Source: an uncultured delta proteobacterium (GTDB lineage: Bacteria > Desulfobacterota > RBG-13-43-22). Taken from it: 64,000 nucleotides of DNA. Where the stretch lies: positions 224,001-288,000 of the forward strand of contig CAWJJC010000022.1 of the NCBI GenBank assembly GCA_963843145.1, written 5' to 3'. The notes under the pieces were generated by a model. The model was not told the origin of the DNA, did no database searches, and saw only the letters and a list, made by a program, of their open reading frames with translations. Shown here in pieces: positions 8,796-18,669 of the stretch. The translations under genes were made by a program, and so were the position numbers. How positions within the stretch are numbered: the stretch's first letter is position 1; every line of letters begins with the position of its first letter.

Positions 8796-10244
8796 TTAAT
8801 GACTCTCTTTTAAGCTATGCAGGCCTGTGCCCAAGGACTGATGGGCCGCTTCGAGAACCGCCTCGGACAGGGTGGGGTGGGCGTGGATGGTCCGCGCCAG
8901 ATCTTCCACCGTGGCCCCCATTTGGATCGCCAGGGTCCCTTCGGCGATCAGATCGGTGGCGTGGGGCCCGACGATATGGACCCCCACTATCCTCAGGTTT
9001 TTCCGCTCCGAAATGATTTTGACCTGCCCCACGATTTCTCCCAGGGCCTGGGGTTTTCCCAGTGCCCGAAAGGGAAAGCTGTCGGCCCGCACTTCCAGGC
9101 CCCGCACGCCGGCTTGGGATTCGGTGAGTCCCACGTTGGCTACCTCGGGGAAAGTGAATATTCCCGAGGGCACCACTTCGTAATCCATGGTCCGCTTACG
9201 GCCCATGATGTTTTCAGCGGCCAGGATCCCTTCGGTGGAGGCCACGTGGGCCAGCATGATCTTGGACGGCCCTAGGGCGTCCCCAATGGCATAGATCCCG
9301 GGGATATTGGTCTCCAGCCGTTCATTGGCCCTGATCCAGCCCCGGGTGTCCCGCTCCAGGCCCAAGGCCTCCAACCCCAGGACCTCGGTGTTTGACTGCC
9401 GTCCTATGGTGACTAAGACCTGCCGCACCTCCACCTCGACGGTTTTTTTATCCTTTTCTTTTGCTTCCACAAGAAAGGGGGAAGGCCCGATGGTAACCTT
9501 GACCCGTCCGTTTTGGACTGCTGTCTGTTCCACGGTCTTGTCCAGGTAAAGACGGATCTTCTTTTTTTTCATTTCCCGCTGCAGGACCGTGGAGCAGTCC
9601 CCATCCACCGAGGGCAGGCCGATGACCCGGGGCAGGGCCTCCACCACCGTCACCTGGCTGCCCAGGGCCTGGAAAATAAACGCGAATTCGCAACCGATCA
9701 CCCCGCCGCCGATGATCAGGATGGATTCCGGAATCGTTTCCAGGGTCAGGGCGTCGTTGCTGGAGAGGATGTGGGTCCCGTCAAAGGGAAAGGTCGGAAA
9801 GGCCAGAGGCCGGGAACCGGGAGCGAGGATCATTTTATCCACCGGGAATTTCTGTTCCCCGCCCTGGCTTTCCCGAACCTTGATCATCCAGGGATCGGCC
9901 ACGAAGGCCTGGCCCGAGACCCGTTGGATTTTATAGCTGCTCAGAATTTTTCGGATGCCCTGGACCAGGATCTGAATTACTTCATTTTTCCGGGCCATGA
10001 TCCGCTCCAGGTTGGGTTTGAAGCCGCCCTCCAGATCAATTCCCAATTCCCTCGCCCGGTGAAACTGCTCAAGGGCCTCGGCGGTGGTCCTCAGGGTCTT
10101 AGTGGGGATGCAACCCCAGTTCAGGCAGGTGCCCCCCACTTCCTCCTGTTCAAAAAGGAGGACCTCCGCCCCCAACTGGGCGGCGCGGATGGCGGCGATA
10201 TAACCCCCCGGTCCGGCGCCGATAATGCCGATGCGGATACTCAT
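8796..10244 (-). CDS. lpdA: Dihydrolipoamide dehydrogenase
   Basis: GAGPGGY, GGTCLNWGCIPTK redox disulfide, GGGVIGCE, HAHPTLSE. Confidence 0.97.
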   Translation of the reverse strand: MSIRIGIIGAGPGGYIAAIRAAQLGAEVLLFEQEEVGGTCLNWGCIPTKTLRTTAEALEQFHRARELGIDLEGGFKPNLERIMARKNEVIQILVQGIRKILSSYKIQRVSGQAFVADPWMIKVRESQGGEQKFPVDKMILAPGSRPLAFPTFPFDGTHILSSNDALTLETIPESILIIGGGVIGCEFAFIFQALGSQVTVVEALPRVIGLPSVDGDCSTVLQREMKKKKIRLYLDKTVEQTAVQNGRVKVTIGPSPFLVEAKEKDKKTVEVEVRQVLVTIGRQSNTEVLGLEALGLERDTRGWIRANERLETNIPGIYAIGDALGPSKIMLAHVASTEGILAAENIMGRKRTMDYEVVPSGIFTFPEVANVGLTESQAGVRGLEVRADSFPFRALGKPQALGEIVGQVKIISERKNLRIVGVHIVGPHATDLIAEGTLAIQMGATVEDLARTIHAHPTLSEAVLEAAHQSLGTGLHSLKESH

Positions 10245-10257
10245 CTCTGAAAATCAG

Positions 10258-10629
10258 TTAATTGGAGACCTGGGCGAGGTAAGCGGCCTCTTCCATCAGG
10301 ACATCGAATTCAGCCGGGTTTTTCAGTCTGACCCGGGTGATCCATCCCCGTTCATAAGGGGAATCGTTGATCAGGGTGGGCTCTTGATCCAGGTCCTGAT
10401 TGGATTCTATTACTTCGCCGCTTATCGGAGCGATGAGATCGGAAGTCACTTTGCTCGATTCCAGTGCCCCCAGCGGTTCTCCGGCTATAACCTCGGTCCC
10501 GGGCTCGGGCAATTCCACATAAATAATCTTGCCCATCTGCTCCTGGGCGAAATCGGAGATGCCGATGATGCCGATTTCGCCCTCTATTCGAATCCAGGCA
10601 TGGTCCGGATGAAATTTTAAGTCGGTCAT
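10258..10629 (-). CDS. gcvH: Glycine cleavage H-like lipoyl carrier protein
   Basis: GISDFAQEQMG.I.YVELP, lipoyl-Lys motif LESSKVTSDL, INDSPYERGW. Confidence 0.92.
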   Translation of the reverse strand: MTDLKFHPDHAWIRIEGEIGIIGISDFAQEQMGKIIYVELPEPGTEVIAGEPLGALESSKVTSDLIAPISGEVIESNQDLDQEPTLINDSPYERGWITRVRLKNPAEFDVLMEEAAYLAQVSN

Positions 10630-10736
10630 GGTCGGTCTTTTCCTCTTTTGAATCCTTAAATTTTATTAGGAGCCGTGATCATTTTTACCATAGCCTTCCC
10701 CCCATCGTCCATTAAATTTTGCCGAATGGAAATGGG

Positions 10737-11324
10737 TTATTCCCTGGATTGGGAAAGATAGGGAGATTTCCCTTGGCAGGCTAAACAGATTCCTGGAGCG
10801 TCTGCCGGAAAGGATTCCTGACATTGGGGACAGACGACCCGTTTTCCCCGGGGCCTTTTTACCAGCAACGCGGGCTGAATCCGGATTTCCTGTAGGGAGC
10901 AGAGCGCAGGCCCGGATTCTTGGATAGCTTTCAGGAGTTGGCCGGAGTCCACTTCCTTTTTGGGTTTCAATTTGTAGTACCAGTCTTTGATTTCGGGCCA
11001 CTCTTCTACCCGGACCGGATTTAAAACCACCCTGGTCCCCGTCCCCGTTTCTTTATTGTAGAGAGCCAGGGCGAACCGACCCCAATCCTGAACCCTTAGC
11101 CACCCGTTGCCCACCGTACAGGGGGTCAGCAATTGAACGGCATCCGGCAGGCACTTATCGGTTTCACAAAGGGCATCATACAAAATATGATCCGGCAAAT
11201 TTTTTATGGCCAAATCGACCATGACTCCGCCCAGGATCACCCCGGGGGCGGGAAAACCATGGAAGGCCTTTACCCGGTCGACGAATTCCCCGAAAGCAAA
11301 CCGGCCAATCGTCTGGATCATCAT
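10737..11324 (-). CDS. FmdE family protein with C-terminal Zn finger
   Basis: FHGFPAPGVILG, ETDKCLPDAVQLLTPCTVGNG, C-terminal CPQC...CLAC; start set at MMIQT. Confidence 0.85.
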   Translation of the reverse strand: MMIQTIGRFAFGEFVDRVKAFHGFPAPGVILGGVMVDLAIKNLPDHILYDALCETDKCLPDAVQLLTPCTVGNGWLRVQDWGRFALALYNKETGTGTRVVLNPVRVEEWPEIKDWYYKLKPKKEVDSGQLLKAIQESGPALCSLQEIRIQPALLVKRPRGKRVVCPQCQESFPADAPGICLACQGKSPYLSQSRE

Positions 11325-11421
11325 TGCGGACCTTTCTTGGGACGGCAGGACCACACCGGGCGTTTCTCCAAACGTCGCCTGGAAAATGGTCCTCGGTGCG
11401 GCGGGCAGGGACCCGGCCGGG

Positions 11422-11634
11422 TCACTCCGGCAGGGGACGCAGGCAGTCCTGGGGGAAGCGGTACGTGCCCTTGCCTTCCACACTCACCTCGATCAAGGCA
11501 TCCGGATCGTTTTTGGAGGTATCCGGATCGGTGATGATCCCGTGGCGGCCCAGGTACTGGTCCATGTACTTCTCCCAGCCCTCGTCTTGGGATTTACAGA
11601 ATATCTCCACTTTTTGACCTCGGTGAAAAGCCAT
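11422..11634 (-). CDS. Small hypothetical protein, SH3/KOW-like
   Basis: 70 aa, AAGGAG RBS, FHRGQKVEI...YLGRHGII...YRFPQDCL; co-oriented in the operon. Confidence 0.65.
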   Translation of the reverse strand: MAFHRGQKVEIFCKSQDEGWEKYMDQYLGRHGIITDPDTSKNDPDALIEVSVEGKGTYRFPQDCLRPLPE

Positions 11635-11673
11635 GGATGCGCTCCTTATTACAGCGGCCGCAGGCGGCCGGGG

Positions 11674-13839
11674 TTAGGCCGGGTGCATTTCCACATGGGC
11701 CCTGGCGGTCTGCTGGCGGGCACAGGCCTGGCACAAAGGCCGGGTGGTCAGGACCGGACCGACGCCTTGGGTCCGCTTCTGCAAAAATTCCAGGTACCGC
11801 GCCGGACCCAGGACCGCGCCACAATTCCGGCAGTATTCCAGCTTCTGGCGGTTTAAAATGGTGCCGCAGTAGGACAGAAGCCGCTCGTCGCCGCGGTCGA
11901 TGATGCGGAGGGCCTGGTTGGGGCAGTTGGCCGCACAGGCGCCACACAAGATGCAACGTTCGGCCGTCAACCGGAAGTCCGTGGGCGCCGGGTGATCGAA
12001 ATTCAGGAACCCGAAGTCCAGGGCGTCGATGCCCATTTGGTCCCGGCAGACCTCGACACACCGGCCGCAACGCAGACAGATGTCGCAGCGCAGGCAGCGC
12101 CGGGCCTCTTCCCGGACGGCGTTTTCGGGGTAGCCGAGCTCCACCTGCTGAAAGGTGATGCGCCGTCGTTCGAGGTTGAGCAGCGGCATTTTCGGACGCC
12201 GGAGGGTCATCTTGGTACTGGCCGGAACCTCGAGCCATTCCACACGCTCGCGACGCACCGGGACCGGCGGCATCTTAGGCTGGGGGATCCCGGAAAGGTA
12301 GCGGTCGATGGCTTCGGCGGCGCGCTTGCCTGCCCCAATGGCCTCGACGACCGTAGCCGGGCCGGTGACGGCATCGCCGCCGGCAAATACCCCGGGGATC
12401 GCAGTTTCCAGGGTAATGGGGTTGGCCAAGATGGTCTGGCGCCGCGACCATTTGAGGTCTTTTAAATCGTCCAGGCACTCCAGGCCGATGCGCTGGCCGA
12501 TGGCCGAGATGATCGTATCGGCCTCGATGAGGAAGTCACTTCCCTCCACCGGGACCGGAGAGGGGCGGTCGCTGCCTTCTTTCCGGATCATTTCCGCGCG
12601 GTGACAAAGCAAGCCGGTCAGACGGCCGTCCCGGCCGAGAACGGCTTTGGGGATGGTCAGGAACGACAGGACAATACCCTCCTCTTCGGCCTGGTCCAAT
12701 TCCTCGACATCGGCCGGCATTTCGTTCCGGGTTCGCCGGTAGGCTATGATTACCTCATCAGAGCCCAGCCGCAGACAGGTGCGGGCCGCGTCGATCGCCA
12801 CGTTGCCGCCGCCGACGATGACCGCCCGCTTTCCGGGAATCCGGTGGTCTCCCAGCGCCACCCGTCGTAGAAAGTCGACGGCCTCGATGACCTGCGGAAA
12901 ATCATTTTCCCCCGGGATGTAGAGCTTTAAGGACGCATGGGCGCCGATGGCCAGGAACAGGGCCTGAAAGCCCTCGGATTTCAAACCCTCCCAGGTGACG
13001 TCCCGGCCGTAGCGGGTGTTGAAGCGGAAGGCCACGCCCAGGTCCTCCAACATGGCCGCCTCGCGGTCGATGACCTCCCGGGGCAGCCGGTACCGGGGGA
13101 TGCCGAGCATCATCATACCGCCCGCCACCGGCTGCGCCTCAAACACCGTTAGACCATAACCTTGGAGCGCCAGATAGTAGGCCGCCGTCAGGCCCCCGGG
13201 ACCGGCCCCGATGACGGCGACGCGCCGGCCCCGGTCCGGCTTTTTAGCCGGGTTCCGGTATTGCCGGTCCGAGATGGCGCATTCGGCGGCAAAGGCCTTG
13301 AGAAACTTGATGGAAATCGGTTGGTCGATCCGGCCGCGCACGCACATGAACTCGCAGGGCCGGGTGCAGACCAGGCCGCAGACCCAGGGGAAGGGATTGT
13401 CGCGGCGAATGACCTCGATGGCTTCGGCGTCCTGGCCGAGACCGATAAGGTTCACGTAGGTGGGGACGTCGATCCCCGCCGGACAGGTCATCTGGCAGGG
13501 GGCCGGGACCAGACGGACGCAATCGCCAGTGATGCAGTTATGGGTCTGGATATGGCTGAGAAATACTTCCCGGTGATCATGAAGGGCGGATTGAATATAA
13601 TCTCCGGCCTCCTTGCTGACCGCATCCGGGCCCTCGTCGATTAACTCCTGGGACAGCGCGTTTAGAAAATCCAGATGCTGTTCGCCGGCTCTCCCCCAGG
13701 CGATATCATTCAGAAGCTGGCGCAACTCCTCGACCAGCCACCGGCTTTTCGGATCTTGGAGGAGGCCGGAATTCAGGGTTTCATCCAGTTGGGTTATACT
13801 TTGGCTGACCGGGCATGTGGTTACAGGCATAATCGCCAC
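11674..13839 (-). CDS. GltD/SudA/NfnB-like FAD/NAD(P)H oxidoreductase with extra 4Fe-4S clusters
   Basis: APCQMTCP, VCGLVCTRPCE..C, GAGPGG, GGGNVAID, YRR (NADPH-type), EARRCLRC, two C-terminal CxxCxxCxxxC motifs. Confidence 0.9.
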   Translation of the reverse strand: MAIMPVTTCPVSQSITQLDETLNSGLLQDPKSRWLVEELRQLLNDIAWGRAGEQHLDFLNALSQELIDEGPDAVSKEAGDYIQSALHDHREVFLSHIQTHNCITGDCVRLVPAPCQMTCPAGIDVPTYVNLIGLGQDAEAIEVIRRDNPFPWVCGLVCTRPCEFMCVRGRIDQPISIKFLKAFAAECAISDRQYRNPAKKPDRGRRVAVIGAGPGGLTAAYYLALQGYGLTVFEAQPVAGGMMMLGIPRYRLPREVIDREAAMLEDLGVAFRFNTRYGRDVTWEGLKSEGFQALFLAIGAHASLKLYIPGENDFPQVIEAVDFLRRVALGDHRIPGKRAVIVGGGNVAIDAARTCLRLGSDEVIIAYRRTRNEMPADVEELDQAEEEGIVLSFLTIPKAVLGRDGRLTGLLCHRAEMIRKEGSDRPSPVPVEGSDFLIEADTIISAIGQRIGLECLDDLKDLKWSRRQTILANPITLETAIPGVFAGGDAVTGPATVVEAIGAGKRAAEAIDRYLSGIPQPKMPPVPVRRERVEWLEVPASTKMTLRRPKMPLLNLERRRITFQQVELGYPENAVREEARRCLRCDICLRCGRCVEVCRDQMGIDALDFGFLNFDHPAPTDFRLTAERCILCGACAANCPNQALRIIDRGDERLLSYCGTILNRQKLEYCRNCGAVLGPARYLEFLQKRTQGVGPVLTTRPLCQACARQQTARAHVEMHPA

Positions 13840-13864
13840 CCTTTAAGGTATCATTTCCTTATCC

Positions 13865-14653
13865 TTAGGCAACCGGTTTCCCGCCAAAGGTCTTGGCCAG
13901 TTTGGGAGCCGTGATACGGAGCTTTCGCTTCATAGAGAGCTTCGCACAAGAAGGGCAATGATGATGGGCTTCCTTTTCACCGGGATGACCGCCCTCGCTG
14001 GTCTTCACGTATTCCAAAAACCGTTCCGTGGCATAATACCGGCCGCAGATATCGCATCGTTCCAGGATGTGTTTCCCGATGATCTCGTCTCTGATCCGAA
14101 TGGTTCTTACCTGGCCTTCATCTTCGGAGAGAATCGCTTCGGTCGGGCAGATTTTGGTGCAGGTGCCGCAGCCGATACAGGTCCCCTCTTCGGAGGGGAC
14201 CACAAACGGCCGGCCTTCCCGCAAGACCATTTTCAGGGCCTGGGCGCCAATGATCTCCTTACAAACCCGGATACATAGTCGGCAACGAATACAGCCGTCG
14301 GGCTTTACCCCGGTCGTCAGGCTGAACTCCAATCCGATTTTATGAATAGCGTCCGCATGGGGCGCCAATTTCAGCAGATTGCCGATGGCCTCGTTTCTTA
14401 ACTGGTGGACCATGACGCTCTCGGTGGTGATCTCCATTCCCGCCCGTGGTTTTACCACGCAGGACAATCGGGTCCGGGGCGTCCCCTGGTTATCCTTGAC
14501 TTCCACCACGCAAAGCTTACAGGAGCCCCCCGGTGTCAAGGCCGGATGAAAACAGAGGTGTGGAACTTTAAAGCCTTTTTCCATTAAGACCTGGATCAGC
14601 CTTTTTTCTTCATTGACCTCAAAAGCCTGTCCGTTGATTTTAATGGTCACCAT
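13865..14653 (-). CDS. 2Fe-2S/4Fe-4S protein (NuoG/HydA N-terminal-like)
   Basis: PHLC..GSCKLCVV..LSC 2Fe-2S set, CIRCRLC..VC, CIGCGTC..CP. Confidence 0.88.
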   Translation of the reverse strand: MVTIKINGQAFEVNEEKRLIQVLMEKGFKVPHLCFHPALTPGGSCKLCVVEVKDNQGTPRTRLSCVVKPRAGMEITTESVMVHQLRNEAIGNLLKLAPHADAIHKIGLEFSLTTGVKPDGCIRCRLCIRVCKEIIGAQALKMVLREGRPFVVPSEEGTCIGCGTCTKICPTEAILSEDEGQVRTIRIRDEIIGKHILERCDICGRYYATERFLEYVKTSEGGHPGEKEAHHHCPSCAKLSMKRKLRITAPKLAKTFGGKPVA

Positions 14654-14668
14654 CGAAGAGGTCCGTGG

Positions 14669-15190
14669 TTATTCGAGGAAGGCGCCACCCTTGGTGGAGG
14701 ACATGGCCATCGCATAGCGCTGTCTTTTCATCAGAGGCATCTTTTCCGTCATGCCAAAATCGAGACAGTGGGTCGTGCAGACGGTAACACAGGCTGGCTT
14801 CAGCCCCGCGTCGATCCGATCCATGCAGTAATCGCATTTAACCACTTTTCCGATTTCGGGGTTCCATTGAGGCGCTCCCCAGGGGCAGGCGGCAATACAG
14901 GTTTTACAGCCCACGCACAAGTCGTGATCCACAAAAACAATCCCGTCCTTTTCCCTTCTTTGCATGGCGCCCGTGGGGCAGGCTGCCACGCACCAGGGGT
15001 TTTCGCAGTGAAAGCAGGGCATGAAAATAAACGAGCCCCGCGGCAGGCCGTTGATAAATTTGGGGCCCACGGGTATAATTTGACAGGGCTTGGGCCCGAT
15101 GGGCAGGGATTTATTGCTTTTGCATTGAATTTCGCAGGAATGACAGCCGATACACTTCTGCTGGTCCTGCAATAAGAAATATTTACTCAT
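14669..15190 (-). CDS. 4Fe-4S dicluster subunit (PhsB/PsrB/DmsB-like)
   Basis: CIGCHSC, PCFHCENPWCVAACP, CVGCKTCIAACPW, KCDYC..PACV..C. Confidence 0.92.
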   Translation of the reverse strand: MSKYFLLQDQQKCIGCHSCEIQCKSNKSLPIGPKPCQIIPVGPKFINGLPRGSFIFMPCFHCENPWCVAACPTGAMQRREKDGIVFVDHDLCVGCKTCIAACPWGAPQWNPEIGKVVKCDYCMDRIDAGLKPACVTVCTTHCLDFGMTEKMPLMKRQRYAMAMSSTKGGAFLE

Positions 15191-15298
15191 TTTTTGGCTC
15201 CCGTTATTTAGGACGATCGGCCAACGAGGATCGAAGCGGGTTGAGCGGCCGTGGCTTCATTCCCGGTCCAATCTGAAATCGTCCACAATTCATTCCGA

Positions 15299-17383
15299 TC
15301 AAGCCGGTTTTACGGTTATAAAGGTTTCGTGAAGGGCCGGGCTGCCACCGATCCGGTCGGAGAGGTTCTCCTGCAACACGGCGTCCGAGCAGCCCTTATG
15401 GAAAGCACGGGCGGCCAGGTTGGATTCATGGCCGAAACCATGGAGCATAAAGACCGCCTCCGGATGAATAAGCTCGGTCACCTTGGCCTTGAGTGTGCCC
15501 TCACCGACCTTGGAAGAAACTGTTACCTCCCGGCCGTCCAGAACGCCCAGTTCCTCCGCCTTTTGTTCATTGATCCAGAGCTCATTTTCCGGACAAATCT
15601 CGTTCAGGTAGGGATTATTCTGGGTGGAAAGGTGGGTATGCAGGGCATTGCGCCCCACCACCAGTCTGAACCGGCCCTCCGGCGGTGACGGTATGGGTTC
15701 ATAGGGCGGAAAGGAGGGGAACCCGGCGGTTTCCAGCAAAGAAGATTTGAATTCAATTTTACCGGAAGGGGTTTTGAATTTTATCCCATCTTTCCGATCC
15801 CAGAAAATTTGGTTTTTGGTGTAGGCGACAGAGCCCTTAGCCTCAAAATCCTCCAGGGTGAAACCGGTCCCTTCCAACTGCCAGGCGACCAGTTCCTCCA
15901 TGCTTCCGTAGGGAAAATATTTTCCAATCCCGATCCTTTCCGCGATCTGTTTAAGGATCATGGCCCCCTCCCGGGTATCGTAGCGGGGGAGCACCGCCTG
16001 CCTTCTTAAAAACATCTGCGGTTTCAAGCCATTGGCCTGCTGGACGCAGTCGGTTCGCTCCAGATAGGTGGATTCCGGCAACACCACGTCCGAATACCAG
16101 GCGATGTCGCTGGGGTTGATATCGATGGAGACGATCAATTCCAGTTTGCTCAAGGCTTTTTTGGTCAGGGTCGTATCCGGAATGGATTGAAGCGGATCAA
16201 ACCGAAAGGCGAGGAGCGCCTTGATCGGGTAGGGGTCCTCATTCAAGATTGCCTGGGGCAGCATCTGACCCACCCCGTGATTCGGGTCCGGCAAGGGGAA
16301 ATCCCGAGTGCCCACTTTGTCGAAGCGGGGAACCTCGATTTGGGGGAATTTCTGCTCGGTCAGTTTTCGGGCCGGCTGGCGGTCGACCGCTCCCGGTCCT
16401 TTCTTGAAAAAGAACCCCCCCCGGGCCTCGACACTACCCATCAGCGCGTTGAGCATCATGATGGAACGACGCATATAAATTTCGTTGGTTTGATTGGAGC
16501 CCCGATAACCGAAATGAAAGATAACCGAGGGTTTGTCCTGGCTGACCTCCCGGGCCAGGTCCACAATCTGTTCGGCGGGAATCCCGGTTTCCTTTTCGGC
16601 CCATTCCGGGGTATAGGGATAAATAAAATCCTGCAGTTCGGCCAGTCCCAGCACCCAACGGTCGACATAGGCCGCGTCATAAAGCCGCTCTTTGAGAATC
16701 ACCTGGATCAGGGCGTAATTGAGCGCCAGATCGGTCCCCGGCCGGATCATCCAATACCGGTGAGCCTTGGTGGCGGTAATGGACACCCGGGGATCGATAT
16801 AGGTCAGCCGAGCCCCTTTTCCCAGGGCCTCCATCGTCTGGTTAACCGCCTTGACCTCGATGGCCTCAAAGAGATTCCGGCCGTACAGGACCAGGTGCTT
16901 AGTGTTCTTGTAGTCCAGGCCCATCTGAGCGTCGGTGTACCCGAAAAGGCTACGGCAGGCCGTGTTGATCGAACCCTTGCAGAGGGCGTCATGGGTAAAA
17001 TGGTTCGGAGATTGAATGGCCCGGGCAAAGGTTTTGGTAACATGGGTGGCCAGTTGGGTGCGCTCGCCGAGGATCACACTGTGCCCCCCGTGGGCAGCCA
17101 TGACGGTTTTCAATCTCTCGGCTACATAATCCAGGGCTTGATCCCAGGAGACTTTTTTAAAGTGCCCCGACCCGCGCTCGCCGACCCGCATCAGGGGGTA
17201 CTTGAGCCGCTGATCGTCATAAAGCATGGAGATGCCGGCCGCCCCCCGGGGACACAGGCTTCCTTCCATTCCCGGCACGTGCGGGTTCCCCTCGATCCAT
17301 CGGACTTGCCCGTCCTTGACCAGCACCTTGATGGGGCAACGGACCGAACACATGAAGCACAGGCTATAAATTTCTTTTTCCAT
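15299..17383 (-). CDS. Mo/W-bisPGD oxidoreductase, PhsA/PsrA-like, with no Tat signal
   Basis: N-terminal CFMCSVRC...LCPRG FS0 cluster begins at residue 9; THDALC Cys ligand, DPR, PGTD.AL, DVVLPESTYLER, molydop-binding C-terminus. Confidence 0.9.
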   Translation of the reverse strand: MEKEIYSLCFMCSVRCPIKVLVKDGQVRWIEGNPHVPGMEGSLCPRGAAGISMLYDDQRLKYPLMRVGERGSGHFKKVSWDQALDYVAERLKTVMAAHGGHSVILGERTQLATHVTKTFARAIQSPNHFTHDALCKGSINTACRSLFGYTDAQMGLDYKNTKHLVLYGRNLFEAIEVKAVNQTMEALGKGARLTYIDPRVSITATKAHRYWMIRPGTDLALNYALIQVILKERLYDAAYVDRWVLGLAELQDFIYPYTPEWAEKETGIPAEQIVDLAREVSQDKPSVIFHFGYRGSNQTNEIYMRRSIMMLNALMGSVEARGGFFFKKGPGAVDRQPARKLTEQKFPQIEVPRFDKVGTRDFPLPDPNHGVGQMLPQAILNEDPYPIKALLAFRFDPLQSIPDTTLTKKALSKLELIVSIDINPSDIAWYSDVVLPESTYLERTDCVQQANGLKPQMFLRRQAVLPRYDTREGAMILKQIAERIGIGKYFPYGSMEELVAWQLEGTGFTLEDFEAKGSVAYTKNQIFWDRKDGIKFKTPSGKIEFKSSLLETAGFPSFPPYEPIPSPPEGRFRLVVGRNALHTHLSTQNNPYLNEICPENELWINEQKAEELGVLDGREVTVSSKVGEGTLKAKVTELIHPEAVFMLHGFGHESNLAARAFHKGCSDAVLQENLSDRIGGSPALHETFITVKPA

Positions 17384-17550
17384 ACCTTCCTCGTCCAGCT
17401 TTCAGATAATCTTTATTGTTATTAAAAAGTTATAGAACTGCTTTTCTTCAAAAGCAAGCGCATTTATTAGCGACGATGGGCCCGAAGGACAGACCCTCTT
17501 TCTCTGAATAACATAAAACCCAGGTGGAATTGTATCTCCTCACCAATCGA

Positions 17551-17979
17551 TTACCAACCCTTATCGGTCATGATTTTCTTGATCTTCTCCTCCGTGGCCT
17601 TTTCCACTAAAATCATTTTCTTAGCCTGGGCCTTCTTGATTTTGTCCGTTAATTCCTGGAGATCCGCCGGCTTTTCCAGGAAATCCATGGCCCCCAATTT
17701 CATGGCCTCAATGCCCTTGGCCACTGTAGCGTGGCCGGTGAGTAAAATCACCTGCACTTCGGGTTTCTTCTGTTTGATGGCTTTCAGGGCCTCCAGGCCG
17801 TCCATCTCCGGCATCTGCAAGTCCAGAATGATGGCGTCAAAGGATCCCTCTTCCGCCATCTTCAGGGCCTCTTTAGCGGAACCGGCAGTGGAAACCTCGA
17901 TATCCCTGGCTTTCATCCGTTCTCCAACGGTCTCCAGAAAATCCTTTTCATCATCAACTAACAACACTTTTTCCGACAT
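17551..17979 (-). CDS. Response regulator (receiver with short C-terminal tail)
   Basis: LLVDDE, LDLQMP, LTGH, EKP. Confidence 0.92.
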   Translation of the reverse strand: MSEKVLLVDDEKDFLETVGERMKARDIEVSTAGSAKEALKMAEEGSFDAIILDLQMPEMDGLEALKAIKQKKPEVQVILLTGHATVAKGIEAMKLGAMDFLEKPADLQELTDKIKKAQAKKMILVEKATEEKIKKIMTDKGW

Positions 17980-18009
17980 GGGTTCGCTCCTTTCATTGAT
18001 TGAAACCGA

Positions 18010-18669
18010 TTAAACCGTATTCCCCAAAGTCAATTGAATTACTCCAGCCTGGGGATCAAAGCGCAACTCGGCCTTAAGGACTGCGGCCAAGGCTTCTTCC
18101 CTTTCCGTGGGAAAGGAATCCAAGGAATTATAATCAATCTCTTTAGAGCCGGTGAAGGTTATTTCTATCTGGTTAACCTTTTTGTGTGCGCCGATCAAAA
18201 TTTTTTTCTCTTTTCCCGCTGTCTTGAGGGCCTGATCCAGACAACACCAGATCAGATTTTCCAGGAAAAAGGGCCAGGTTAATAAGGAAATGGGCCCTGT
18301 GGCCGGAACGGCCTCCAGGGCCACCCCTTTTTGCGAAGCGTAGCGCTGGGCCAGTGCCAGGGTTAATTCCACCACCTCCCAAACCTCAACCACCATTTCC
18401 GGCTCATCGATGCTGTGGGCAAAGCGGTTAACATTTTTCATAATCCCGTCGGCCCGCTGGACCTGAGCCCGGATTCTTCCCGGCAACGAATTAAAAAGTT
18501 CCTGATTGAAGGGCTTTCCTTTGGCGGCCATCAGGATAAAATCATCCAATAGTCCCGCACTTTCGTTGATAATGGCCAAGACATTTTTTATTTCGTGCGA
18601 AACGGAGGCCGTCACCTTCCCGAAAAATTTCAAACCTTCCGGGCCGACCGTGTCCCAGGAACCGGCCAT
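18010..18669 (-). CDS. HisKA protein with degenerate ATPase domain (phosphotransfer-like)
   Basis: H-box SHEIKNVLAIINE present; no recognisable N, DxGxG or GxGLG boxes; no sensor domain. Confidence 0.75.
   Translation of the reverse strand: MAGSWDTVGPEGLKFFGKVTASVSHEIKNVLAIINESAGLLDDFILMAAKGKPFNQELFNSLPGRIRAQVQRADGIMKNVNRFAHSIDEPEMVVEVWEVVELTLALAQRYASQKGVALEAVPATGPISLLTWPFFLENLIWCCLDQALKTAGKEKKILIGAHKKVNQIEITFTGSKEIDYNSLDSFPTEREEALAAVLKAELRFDPQAGVIQLTLGNTV

Noticed and set aside
16187-17425. 412-aa plus-strand ORF and other long antisense ORFs (e.g. 9513, 35681, 44582, 61561)
   Set aside because: They lie opposite well-supported genes and have no motifs; these are shadow ORFs from GC-rich codon bias
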